Source of the DNA: Phycisphaerae bacterium | Lineage (GTDB): Bacteria > Planctomycetota > Phycisphaerae > UBA1845 > Fen-1342 | Length of the DNA: 64,000 nucleotides | NCBI GenBank assembly: GCA_050115495.1 | Contig: JASFQK010000009.1 | Location: 32,001-96,000, forward strand | Reading direction: 5' to 3' | Part shown: in pieces, positions 19,743-28,713 of the stretch | How positions within the stretch are numbered: position 1 is the stretch's first letter | Layout: each line of letters opens with the position of its first letter | Translations under genes and position numbers: made by a program | Notes under the pieces: generated by a model | Told to the model about the DNA's origin: nothing | The model's input: the letters and a program-made list of their open reading frames with translations, nothing else | Database searches by the model: none

Positions 19743-21140
19743 GTGTCCGACCGCGAGCGCCCGGCGACGATGAACGCCCCGCTCACGCACCGCCCCGGCG
19801 TCCGCTCGCTCAAGCTGAACACACTCTTCGCCGTCGGCGGCACCGGCCTGTTCCAGGCGTGCCAGTTCGGCGTCGTCGTGCTGCTGGCCAAGATCGCCCT
19901 GCCGGAGGTGCTCGGCCAGGTGCTGTACAGCCTGGCCGTGGCCACACCGCTCATCGTCTTCTGCTCGCTGGAGCTGCGCGGCGCGCTCGTGGCCGACACC
20001 GCGGCCGAGTTCACGTTCGGCACGTACCGCGCCCTGCGCCGGGCCACGATGGCCGTGGCCGGTTTCGCCCTCGTGGGGCTGGCTGCCTGGGACGCCCGCC
20101 GCGAGCCCAGCTTCGTCTACGCCATCATCTTCGTCGGCATGGGCGGCGGAAAGATCATCCTGCACCTGGCGGAGGCGAACTGGGGACTCCTGCAGAAACG
20201 CGAGCGCCTCGACCTCCTGGCCGGCTCGGTCGCCCTGCGCGGCATCGTGATGATGGTGGCCTTCGGCGTGATCGTGCCGCTGGCCGTGCTCTGGGGGCGG
20301 TCCGGTGAGACGCCGGTGAACCGCTCCGCGGAAGGTGCCGCGCTGGCGGTGAGCGTGTACGTGGCGATCTCGGCCCTCCTGCTGTTCGTCTACGACCGCC
20401 CGTGCGTCGCCGCCCGCCCGGACCACGACCCGAGCTGGAACTGGCCGGGGGTCTGGCGGCTGGCGCGGCAGACGTTCCCCCTGGGGCTCGTCGTGCTGAT
20501 GCTGCATCTGTGCAACAGCATCCCGCAACTGGTCATCGGTGGCGAAACGAACGGCAAGGCGGCGGTCGGTCGCTTCGGGGCGCTGGCCCTCGTGACGCTC
20601 GCCGGCAACCTCCTCGTGTTCCAGTCCGCGTACGCTGCCGCCAATCGCCTGTCAGCGTACTACCAAACGGATCTGCCGGCGTTCCTGCGGCTGCTGGGTA
20701 AGCTGCTGGCTCTGGCCGTCGGCGTCGGGGCGGTGGCGCTGGCCGTCACCTTCGGCTGCGGGCAGTGGTTGCTGCGCGTGCTGTTCCGGCCGGAGTACGT
20801 CGAGCACTACGCCGCCTTCCAGGTCATCGTCGTCGCCCAATGCCTGGCCCTGCTGACGAGCGTATTGGGGGTGACGGTCACGCAGATGCGGCTCTTCTGG
20901 CTCCAGGTGCCGGCCCAGGTGGTCGTGTTGGCCAGCACGGGCGTAGCCGCCCTGCTGCTCATCCACTCGGCGACGGACCTCGTCGCCGGCGGCGCGTGGA
21001 CCATGCTCGTGCGGTCCATCGTGCACCTGGCGTTGTACGTGGGTTGTGCAGCGGTCGGGCTGGCGCTTCGTTCGCGGCTGCGGCAGCGGCCGCCCGTCGC
21101 GGTCGAGGGCCCTCCCGCCGCGACCAGCGAACTCCCCTGA
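19743..21140 (+). CDS. Polysaccharide biosynthesis flippase-like (Wzx/MATE-like) membrane protein
   Basis: About 12 hydrophobic segments; LAK...LG...SLAVATP and GLLQKRERLD patterns. Confidence 0.7.
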   Translation: MSDRERPATMNAPLTHRPGVRSLKLNTLFAVGGTGLFQACQFGVVVLLAKIALPEVLGQVLYSLAVATPLIVFCSLELRGALVADTAAEFTFGTYRALRRATMAVAGFALVGLAAWDARREPSFVYAIIFVGMGGGKIILHLAEANWGLLQKRERLDLLAGSVALRGIVMMVAFGVIVPLAVLWGRSGETPVNRSAEGAALAVSVYVAISALLLFVYDRPCVAARPDHDPSWNWPGVWRLARQTFPLGLVVLMLHLCNSIPQLVIGGETNGKAAVGRFGALALVTLAGNLLVFQSAYAAANRLSAYYQTDLPAFLRLLGKLLALAVGVGAVALAVTFGCGQWLLRVLFRPEYVEHYAAFQVIVVAQCLALLTSVLGVTVTQMRLFWLQVPAQVVVLASTGVAALLLIHSATDLVAGGAWTMLVRSIVHLALYVGCAAVGLALRSRLRQRPPVAVEGPPAATSELP

Positions 21141-21146
21141 CGAGCG

Positions 21147-21177
21147 CAAAAGAAAGGACCCCTGCCAGCAGGGGTCC
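21147..21177 (-). terminator. Intrinsic terminator downstream of tRNA-Asp
   Basis: Hairpin ggacccctgc-ca-gcaggggtcc preceded by aaaagaaa on + (U-tract on -). Confidence 0.7.
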
Positions 21178-21188
21178 GATGGGGCTGA

Positions 21189-21263
21189 CGAGGCCGACGG
21201 GACTCGAACCCGCAACCTCCGGCGTGACAGGCCGGCGCTCTAGACCAATTGAGCTACGGCCCC
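21189..21263 (-). tRNA. tRNA-Asp(GTC), CCA not encoded
   Basis: Reverse complement GGGGCCGTAGCTCAATTGGTCTAGAGCGCCGGCCTGTCACGCCGGAGGTTGCGGGTTCGAGTCCCGTCGGCCTCG forms a cloverleaf with anticodon GTC. Confidence 0.97.
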
Positions 21264-21540
21264 ATACGGAAGTCGGCCCTGGGTACACGATCCAGCCGAC
21301 AGACTCGCCATTATATATCGGCTGGCGACCGTGTCAAACGACTCGAACCGGCAGCTCCGATTGTGAAAACCTGTCCGCGCCTACCTGACAGGCAAAGCCC
21401 CCCCCTGCCTGTTCCGATACTGCCTGCGGCCCCGGCCACCGAAGTGGTCCGACCGGGCACCGACCAGGGGACGCGGGGACGATCCCGTGATCGGTGCCGC
21501 CGATTCGACGGTTAAGTACCGGTGCGGACAGGAATGGCAG

Positions 21541-21882
21541 ATGGCGATTCTGAATGATTCGCGGACGTTGTTGCAGAGGCTGCTCGACCTCGGCCGATCG
21601 GAGCGGACGCCGGATTCGGACTCACCGGGAGCGAGAACGGACGCGCCGGTGGCGCAAATCCTGCTGCTCACCGAGTCGGACGGGGGCATGCCGGCCCACC
21701 TGGGGGACGTCACTCCGGTGGGAGCCAAGGTTCACGCCGACTACAAGCCGCGAATCGGTGAAGTCGTGGTGCTCTTCTACCGAAGCGGATTGGAGACGGC
21801 CTCCATCTCTGGCGAGGTGATCCACCTCGGACAGTCAGATGAGATGCCGTACTTCCGCATTCGGTTTGCGGATGTCGTCTAG
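21541..21882 (+). CDS. Small hypothetical protein, PilZ-like beta-barrel
   Basis: Degenerate D(V)T..GA...GEV...FRIRF pattern resembling PilZ; lies upstream of cheB. Confidence 0.45.
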   Translation: MAILNDSRTLLQRLLDLGRSERTPDSDSPGARTDAPVAQILLLTESDGGMPAHLGDVTPVGAKVHADYKPRIGEVVVLFYRSGLETASISGEVIHLGQSDEMPYFRIRFADVV

Positions 21883-21957
21883 GGGGTTCATCGCGGCGGG
21901 GGCCGCCGACGCGTCGTAACCGGCGGCCGCCGAAGCCGTCAACAAGGACCGAACAAG

Positions 21958-23058
21958 ATGCCCGCACTCGGCAATCGTCAAGGAGCTACCGGAAAGATCA
22001 GGGTGCTGGTCGTTGACGACAGTGCCATCGTCCGGTCCATCCTGCGCGGGGCGCTGGAACGACATCCGCGGATGGAGGTCGTCGGCGTCGCCGTGGACGG
22101 TCTCGACGCCCTGAAGAAGATCGCCGCCCTGCGGCCCGACGTGGTCACGCTGGACGTGGAAATGCCGCGGCTGAACGGGCTGGGCGTGCTGGAACGGGCG
22201 GCGGGCAAGCTGCCCGTCAGCTTCGTGATGATCTCAACGCTGACGCAGTCCGGCGCGCAGATCACGTTCGAAGCCCTGCGGCGCGGGGCGTTCGACTACG
22301 TACCCAAGCCGGAGACCGGTAATCAGGCGGCCCTGGAGCAGTTTCGCCGGGACGTGCAGCGAAAGGTCGCGACAGCGGCCAAGGCCAAGGGCCGGGCGCG
22401 GCGGATCTTCAGCAAGGGAGACGCGAAGAGCGCGGCCCCGACGCTGCCGCCGAACCAGGTTCGCGGTTGGGTGGTGGCCATCGGGATCAGTTGCGGGGGG
22501 CCGCCGACGTTGACGGAGATGATGCCGGCGTTTCCGAGCGATTTTGTCCCGATCGTCATCACGCAGCACATGCCTGCGGGGTTCACCAAGGCGTTCGCCA
22601 AGCAGCTCGATGGCTGCTGCGCAATGAAGGTGCAGGAGGCCGAGGACGGCCAGCCGCTGGTCCAGGGCACGGCCCTGATCGCCCCGGGCGATCGTCACCT
22701 GCGGCTGGTACGCCGCGGGTCCCTGCTGCTCACGAAGCTGGATGCCGGACCGCGTGTATCCGGACACTGCCCCTCGGTGGACGTCATGTTCACGTCGGTG
22801 GCGGAGGCCTGCGGGACGCGCAGCGTGGGCGTTATCATGACCGGCATGGGCCGGGACGGCTCCGACGGCATCCAGGCACTCCGCGCCGCCGGCGCCCAGA
22901 CCGTCGCCCAGGACCAGGAGAGCAGCCTGGTGTACGGCATGCCGAAGGCGGCGGCGGCCACGGGCTGCATCGACCACGTCCTGCCCTATTTGCAAATCCC
23001 GCAGGCTCTCGCACGACTGATAAAGAACGACCGGCGTCCCGTGTCAGCCGGTGTCTGA
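21958..23058 (+). CDS. cheB: Chemotaxis response regulator protein-glutamate methylesterase
   Basis: REC domain (VVDDS, TLDVEMP, PKP) plus esterase motifs GISCGGP, QHMP, PSVDV and TGMGRDG. Confidence 0.95.
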   Translation: MPALGNRQGATGKIRVLVVDDSAIVRSILRGALERHPRMEVVGVAVDGLDALKKIAALRPDVVTLDVEMPRLNGLGVLERAAGKLPVSFVMISTLTQSGAQITFEALRRGAFDYVPKPETGNQAALEQFRRDVQRKVATAAKAKGRARRIFSKGDAKSAAPTLPPNQVRGWVVAIGISCGGPPTLTEMMPAFPSDFVPIVITQHMPAGFTKAFAKQLDGCCAMKVQEAEDGQPLVQGTALIAPGDRHLRLVRRGSLLLTKLDAGPRVSGHCPSVDVMFTSVAEACGTRSVGVIMTGMGRDGSDGIQALRAAGAQTVAQDQESSLVYGMPKAAAATGCIDHVLPYLQIPQALARLIKNDRRPVSAGV

Positions 23059-23267
23059 GGCCGGCGGCGTGCCCGCGTGCCCCCCCCCGGCGGTTGCCGT
23101 CGGGCGACATAATACGCATAAATGAACGGGGCCCCCAAAGCGGTCGATGACTCAGACAGTTCTACGCCGCGGGTCACGCCCGCTGCGGGCGTGCGGCAAC
23201 CAGGGAGTGAATCAGCCTCCTCCAGCCAGCGGCGACGCCGCGAGGTACAGCTCCAGTTCTCGGAGGT

Positions 23268-23735
23268 ATGTGCGTGAACGTTGCCTACATCAACCCGTTT
23301 GTCGAAAGCGTCGCCTCGGTTTTCGAGACGATGTTGGGGGTGCAGCCCAGGCGAAACACGCTGAAGGTCGGTCCACAGCCGGTCCAGGGCGAGCGTCTGA
23401 CGTCCCTGATCGGGATCACGGGCCTGATGCACGGCTGCGTGGCCCTCAGCTTCCCGCCGCAGACCGCCCTGGCCCTGACCGGCAAGATGCTCGGTGAGAC
23501 GCCGGCGGAGATCAACGGCGAGGTGATCGACGCCATCTCCGAGCTGGTCAACATGGTGGCCGGTTCGGCGAAGGCGAAATTCAACACGGATCCGCCGCTG
23601 CAGTTGGGCCTGCCCACGGTGGTGGAGGGCGCGGCGTACCGCGTGAAATACCCGAGCAAGTCCGTCTGGCTGGAAGTGCCGTTCAGTTCCGAGGCCGGTG
23701 ATTTCAGCATGGAAGTGACCTACAGCGAGAATTGA
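23268..23735 (+). CDS. cheX: Chemotaxis phosphatase CheX
   Basis: YINPF, IGITG...G, DAISELVNMVAG (ExxN) and LPTVV motifs. Confidence 0.9.
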   Translation: MCVNVAYINPFVESVASVFETMLGVQPRRNTLKVGPQPVQGERLTSLIGITGLMHGCVALSFPPQTALALTGKMLGETPAEINGEVIDAISELVNMVAGSAKAKFNTDPPLQLGLPTVVEGAAYRVKYPSKSVWLEVPFSSEAGDFSMEVTYSEN

Positions 23736-23745
23736 GGGCAAGCCC

Positions 23746-24114
23746 GTGAAAGCACTTGTAGTTGACGACTCGATGACCATTCGACGAATCGTCATCAAGG
23801 CCCTCGGCATCGTGGGCATCACAGATGCCACGGAAGCGGGCGACGGCGTGCAGGCGCTCGAGGCGCTCAAGCACGGGGAGTACGATCTGGTCCTGCTCGA
23901 CTGGAACATGCCACGTATGAGCGGCATCGACACGCTGCGCACGATACGGCAGTCGGGCAAGAAGGTGCCGGTCATCATGGTGACCACGGAGGCGGAGAAG
24001 GCCCGCGTCATCGAAGCGATCAAAACCGGCGCCAACGACTACCTCATCAAGCCCTTCTCCCCCGACCAGTTGGCCGACAAGGTCAAGAATGTCGTGGCCC
24101 TTCCCTCGTCGTAG
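23746..24114 (+). CDS. cheY: CheY-like response regulator
   Basis: LVVDDS, LLDWNMP, MVTTEAE and YLIKPF motifs. Confidence 0.85.
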   Translation: MKALVVDDSMTIRRIVIKALGIVGITDATEAGDGVQALEALKHGEYDLVLLDWNMPRMSGIDTLRTIRQSGKKVPVIMVTTEAEKARVIEAIKTGANDYLIKPFSPDQLADKVKNVVALPSS

Positions 24115-24414
24115 GCCTGCGCCGCAAGGGGTCGGGCCGGCGTTACCGCCATCTTCGCGGGCGGCCGTCGGTTGTCAGTCAGAAAACTGTGAACCATCTG
24201 GTGACGGCCTCGCCGGGCGGCTACCATGTCGCCCATCGCCAAGAGGCTCCGGCCTGGACCGCAGGAACAGACCGCTGGTCCGTGCCGGGGGTGATGCAGT
24301 GGAAATGGATCTGCCCGGGCGGCGGAGTGCACCGGTGCGGTCGCCGGCTCTGCACAGGGGCCGCCGGTCGGGGTCCGGGGCTCGCCTCTGGACAGTGGGT
24401 GACGACAGCTACCG

Positions 24415-26034
24415 ATGCGCCTGGTAGTCCTGCGAGAGAGCGCGATGGTCGCCGACGTGGTCTGCGGTGAGCAGGCCGTCTACATCGGCGCGCGAGAGGA
24501 CTGTCTCGTCTGCCTCGACGATCCCCAGGTTCCACCCCAACAACTGGTTATCTATCCCGAAGGCCCGAGCGTCTGGGTCGTGCAGCAGCTCTCGCCCGAG
24601 CAAGAAGTCCTCGTCAACCAGACCCGTCTGATTGAAAAGGAAACGCTCAAGACCGGCGATGAGATCCAGGTGCGGGACTTCGTGATCCGGGTCTACCCCG
24701 AGCACGAGGATCAGCCCGGGGCCCGTAGCGGCGTCGGCACATCCCGGGCCCAGCTCGAACGCTTCGCCGCTGCGCGTCTCCCACCGGGCACCCTCATCAA
24801 GAAAGCAGATGAGCCCGTTGGTCTCCAGCATGGCGACCTGGCCCGGATCGGCGAGCTGACCCTGGGCCTGGCCGGCTGCACGCAGGTCGAGCAGCTCATG
24901 GACGTCGCCCTGCGGACGATGCTGGTCACGTTCGCCGCTCAGCGGGCGTGGATGGGCGTGCGCCGGGTGAACTACGGCTCGATGGAGTACGTCGAGGGCC
25001 GGCTGCTGACCGGGCCCTCCACCGACCTGCCCGAGACCGGCAACGTGCTCAAGCCGCGCGTGCTCGATCGCGGCCAGTTTGTGCTGGTGCCGATCTTCAG
25101 CGCCGAGGAGCGGGCCTCTGTGCTGGCCGGTCCCTTGCCCGGGCCCGACGGTACGCTGGGCATGGTCTACATCGACACCGGCAATACCAACCGCCGCTTC
25201 AGCACGCCCGAGCTCGACGTCTTCGTCGTGCTGTGCAGCCTGTTCGGCGTGCAGCTCGACGCGATCTTCAAGCAGATCGCCCGGAACCGCTCGGCGATGG
25301 TCGAGGGCGAGGTGGCCGTGGCCCACGCCATTCAGGCCCGCCTCACGCCGCGTAAGCTCCCCCAGTGGGACAAGCTCCAGTGGGGCGCTTTCCGCGAGCC
25401 CGGCCGCGTGAACACGGGCGACATCTACGACGTGGTGAAGCTGGGCAACAACATGGCGGCGTTCATGGTAGCCCATACGCCGGCCACCGGCCCCCTGCCC
25501 AGCATGCTCATGGGGCAGATGCAGGCCGCTTTCCGCTTCGGGGCGATGCACCAGGACCCGCCGCACGTGCTGCTGCGTTCGCTCAACCGCATCATGTACG
25601 ACGGCGAGACCGACCACGCCCTGAACGCGATCGTCGGCGTCATCGACCCCAACACCGGTGAGATGCGCTACGCCATGGCCGGCTCGACCGGATCGTACAT
25701 CATCTCCAACCGAGGCGAAGAACGGCCGCTCGCGCCGGAGAAACCGATCCCGGCGCTGGGCGTGAGCCGCAACGCCGTCTTCCCCCTGCTGCCCGAACAG
25801 CTCGATCCGGGCGAGACGCTGGTCGCCTTCACGCCCGGCGTGACGACCGCCAAGAACTGCGAGGAGGAGACGTTCGGCGAAGAGCGCTTCGTGAACATCC
25901 TCTGCGACGGCTTCGGCCAATTGGCCAGCGCCATGCTGAAGGAAATGCTGACCGATCTGCGCAACTTCACCGAGGCCGGTTCGCAGCCGGATGACATCAC
26001 GGTGCTGATGGCCCACCACGTGAACGTGGGCTAG
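24415..26034 (+). CDS. FHA-like + GAF-like + SpoIIE/PP2C-family protein (probably catalytically degenerate)
   Basis: FHA-like N-terminus (VNQ...LKTGDEIQV); A..IQ..L.P, GDIYDV, FGEERF and DDIT motifs. Confidence 0.8.
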   Translation: MRLVVLRESAMVADVVCGEQAVYIGAREDCLVCLDDPQVPPQQLVIYPEGPSVWVVQQLSPEQEVLVNQTRLIEKETLKTGDEIQVRDFVIRVYPEHEDQPGARSGVGTSRAQLERFAAARLPPGTLIKKADEPVGLQHGDLARIGELTLGLAGCTQVEQLMDVALRTMLVTFAAQRAWMGVRRVNYGSMEYVEGRLLTGPSTDLPETGNVLKPRVLDRGQFVLVPIFSAEERASVLAGPLPGPDGTLGMVYIDTGNTNRRFSTPELDVFVVLCSLFGVQLDAIFKQIARNRSAMVEGEVAVAHAIQARLTPRKLPQWDKLQWGAFREPGRVNTGDIYDVVKLGNNMAAFMVAHTPATGPLPSMLMGQMQAAFRFGAMHQDPPHVLLRSLNRIMYDGETDHALNAIVGVIDPNTGEMRYAMAGSTGSYIISNRGEERPLAPEKPIPALGVSRNAVFPLLPEQLDPGETLVAFTPGVTTAKNCEEETFGEERFVNILCDGFGQLASAMLKEMLTDLRNFTEAGSQPDDITVLMAHHVNVG

Positions 26035-26097
26035 CCCGGCCGCGGGCGGGGCTGCACGCCGAGCTGCCGCCGATCATGAGCCTGGATCGCTGGCAAC

Positions 26098-26649
26098 GTG
26101 TTCGACCCAACCCCTGCTGAGCCCGATGCTCGTACCGTCGCCCGGCTGCAAGCCGGTGACGTCGCCGCTCTCGGACGCGTGTACGAGAGCTGCGGGCTGC
26201 GTGTGCACCGCCTCTGCCGGCGAATGCTGGGCAGTGCGGCGGACGCAGACGACGCCACACAGGACATCTTCCTGCGGGCCTACGAGCGGGCGGGGAGCTT
26301 CGACGGACGATCGCGGTTTTCCACGTGGCTGTACCGGCTGGCGGTTCGATATTGCCTGAACTGGCTCCGGGAGCGGTCGCGGGAAGATGCTCGGCATCGA
26401 GCTGCGGCCCGCCGGGCGATCACGACCACGGAGCCCGCCGACGCCCTCGACGCCGCCGAGAGACACGACCTGGTCCATCGGCTACTTGCGGGGCTGCCGC
26501 CGCATTATCGGGCATGCGTCTTCCTCCGCGAGATCGACGGCCTTTCCTACGCCGACATTGCCGACCTCCTCGACATTCCCCGTGGCACGGTGATGTCCCG
26601 GCTGGCCCGGGCCCGGCTGCTGCTGGCGGGTCGGAAATTCGTGGAATAG
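26098..26649 (+). CDS. ECF RNA polymerase sigma-70 factor
   Basis: DADDATQDIFLRA, FDGRSRFSTWLYRLA and LSYADIA...GTVMSRLARAR. Confidence 0.92.
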   Translation: MFDPTPAEPDARTVARLQAGDVAALGRVYESCGLRVHRLCRRMLGSAADADDATQDIFLRAYERAGSFDGRSRFSTWLYRLAVRYCLNWLRERSREDARHRAAARRAITTTEPADALDAAERHDLVHRLLAGLPPHYRACVFLREIDGLSYADIADLLDIPRGTVMSRLARARLLLAGRKFVE

Positions 26650-26685
26650 GCCCGCCGTCGGCGGTGTCCAATCGGAGAAGGAGCG

Positions 26686-27171
26686 ATGCCAGACGTGAGC
26701 TGTCGCGAGTTCCGCAATCGGCTGTCCGCGTACCACGACGGCGAGCTTGATGCCGCCGACCGGGACATGGTCGCTGCGCATCTGGCCGACTGTGCGGCGT
26801 GCCGGGCGTACCTGGACGAGTTCGGCCGACTGAGCAGCGTGCTGCGGGAGGGTCGGCAGGGACAGGTGTCGCCGGGGTTATGGGACCGCATCGCGGTCGC
26901 CGCCCAGACGGCCCGACGCCGACGACGTGTGCCGTGGGCTTTGCATGTCGGGGCGGTGGCGGCGGGGTTCGGCGTGTTCTGGGCAGGGTATGGCCTGTTG
27001 GCGGCGCGGATCCCGACACAGCAGGCCGGACAAGCCCAGGTCGAGCAGTTGCTGCACGACACCGCGCTGACCCTTTCCGGACAGGCGCTGACCGAGGATG
27101 TGCTCGTCGAGCTGGATCGCCGACCGGAGCTGGCCTTGCTCCGTGAACTCGGGGAGGAGACGGCCCCATGA
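26686..27171 (+). CDS. Zinc-finger (zf-HC2) anti-sigma factor
   Basis: C...LSAYHDGEL...HLADCAAC followed by one TM. Confidence 0.88.
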   Translation: MPDVSCREFRNRLSAYHDGELDAADRDMVAAHLADCAACRAYLDEFGRLSSVLREGRQGQVSPGLWDRIAVAAQTARRRRRVPWALHVGAVAAGFGVFWAGYGLLAARIPTQQAGQAQVEQLLHDTALTLSGQALTEDVLVELDRRPELALLRELGEETAP

Positions 27172-27617
27172 AAACGACTCTGGTTATCTGCGTTCTGGTC
27201 GGAGCGTTCACCGCCAGCGCGGGGCTGAACGTGTACCACGCGGCACAGCCCGTGCCGGTGCCAGCGGTGTGCGATCAGCCGTGCGGGCGCATGGCCGGCG
27301 GCGAGGGTGTTTGTCCGCTCACGCAGGCCGTCGGGTTAACGGAGGCACAGCGTGAGCGACTGAACGGCTGCTGCCGGGGGACGTGTGCCCGCCAGCGGAG
27401 CGCAGTCCGCGACAGGCTGCGCCAGTTGATGACGGAATTGCAGGACGCGCTAAACGCGAACCCGATCGATCTGGAACAGGTGGATAGCCTGACCGAGAAG
27501 ATCGCGGCGGCGCGAGCACAGGAGTGGCAGGAGCGAATACGGTGTGTCCTCCAGGTCCGCGAACTGCTGACGCCGGAACAGGTGCAGCAGCTCATGGCGG
27601 CAGTGGAAAGTCCGTAG
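27168..27617 (+). CDS. Periplasmic Spy/CpxP-like (heavy-metal sensor family) protein, Cys-rich
   Basis: LTEAQ and LLTPEQ (LTxxQ) motifs, signal peptide. Confidence 0.75.
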   Translation: MKTTLVICVLVGAFTASAGLNVYHAAQPVPVPAVCDQPCGRMAGGEGVCPLTQAVGLTEAQRERLNGCCRGTCARQRSAVRDRLRQLMTELQDALNANPIDLEQVDSLTEKIAAARAQEWQERIRCVLQVRELLTPEQVQQLMAAVESP

Positions 27618-27705
27618 GGGCGCGGGTCCCTGACTTGTATTGCAGAAGTTGTTGATGAGATTCCCGCTCGGGATCGTCCTGAGGCGGAGCACAGTTGGAA
27701 GGAGC

Positions 27706-28623
27706 ATGGTAATGAGCATTCGTTGTATGGGATGGATCGCGGCCGCCGGCTTGATGCTGGCCGCAACCGGTATCGTGGTGGCGGACACGCCGAAGGCGGA
27801 CGACGCGCTGACGCAGGCGAACGCGCTGCTGGCGAAGGCGGACTTCGACGGGGCGATGAAGGTGCTACTGGCGGCGGCGAAGGCCGAGCCCGACAACCAG
27901 GTCTATCGGGAGCAGGCGACGCTGCTGCGGCAGGTGATCCGCGTGCGCGAGGCACTGCCGAAGCTGGAAGGCACCGAGAAGTGGACGCTCAACGCCCAGG
28001 CGCTGTGCGCGTACTACAACGACAAGATGATCTACAGCGAGGCGCTGCCGCTGGCGCGGAAGCTGCACGAGCAGTCGCCGACGACCGACACGGCGGTGGT
28101 CCTGGCCCGCATCGAGCTGGCCCTGGACAAGAACGACGACGCGGCGAAACTGCTTGGCGGCCTGGTCGCGGAGCAGACGACGCCGGAGACGCGCGTGTTG
28201 CTGTGCCTGGCGTTGGCCCGGCAGAAAGAACTGGACGCGGCTCGCGGAGCGCTGGGTGAGTTCGAGGTGCCCGAGAACGCCGGCTGCGAGATGCTGTACG
28301 ACCTGGCCTGTGCGCAGGCCTGCCTGGGACAGAAGGACGAGTGCCTGGCGACGCTGACGCGCTGCTTCGAGTGCACGCCGCCAGGGCGGCTCGATTGCCT
28401 GAAGTGCCGGGCGCAGTGCTGCGGTGACTTCGCCAGCATGAAGGAGAGCTGCTGCTTCAACAAGGCGATGGCCACCGAGTCGAAGGTCGCGGATACGTGC
28501 AGCGGCGGGACGAGCTGCGGCAAGTGCCCGGCGCGCGGCGGGTGCTCGGGCAAGACCACCAGCTCGTGCCAGGACAAGTCGAAGGACGAGTGCAAGGACC
28601 ACGATCAGAAGCCGAAGCCGTAA
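27706..28623 (+). CDS. Secreted TPR-like protein with Cys-rich C-terminal tail
   Basis: Signal peptide, helical repeats (YDLACAQAC.G), tail CSGGTSCGKCPARGGC. Confidence 0.7.
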   Translation: MVMSIRCMGWIAAAGLMLAATGIVVADTPKADDALTQANALLAKADFDGAMKVLLAAAKAEPDNQVYREQATLLRQVIRVREALPKLEGTEKWTLNAQALCAYYNDKMIYSEALPLARKLHEQSPTTDTAVVLARIELALDKNDDAAKLLGGLVAEQTTPETRVLLCLALARQKELDAARGALGEFEVPENAGCEMLYDLACAQACLGQKDECLATLTRCFECTPPGRLDCLKCRAQCCGDFASMKESCCFNKAMATESKVADTCSGGTSCGKCPARGGCSGKTTSSCQDKSKDECKDHDQKPKP

Positions 28624-28713
28624 CGCAGTGATCACCGCCTGAATCCCCCGGGCGCGGGTCGCGCTGCACCGTCGCCGCGCCACCCGCGCCTTCTTTGCCC
28701 CCCCCTGCCCCAC

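Noticed and set aside
21189..21263. tRNA-anchored integrative element at tRNA-Asp or tRNA-Leu
   Set aside because: No integrase and no duplicated tRNA 3' end was seen. Both tRNAs are followed directly by terminators and host-like genes.
24189..24470. Small ORF between cheY and the FHA-PP2C gene
   Set aside because: No motifs or RBS, and it overlaps the downstream gene start, so it is likely spurious.
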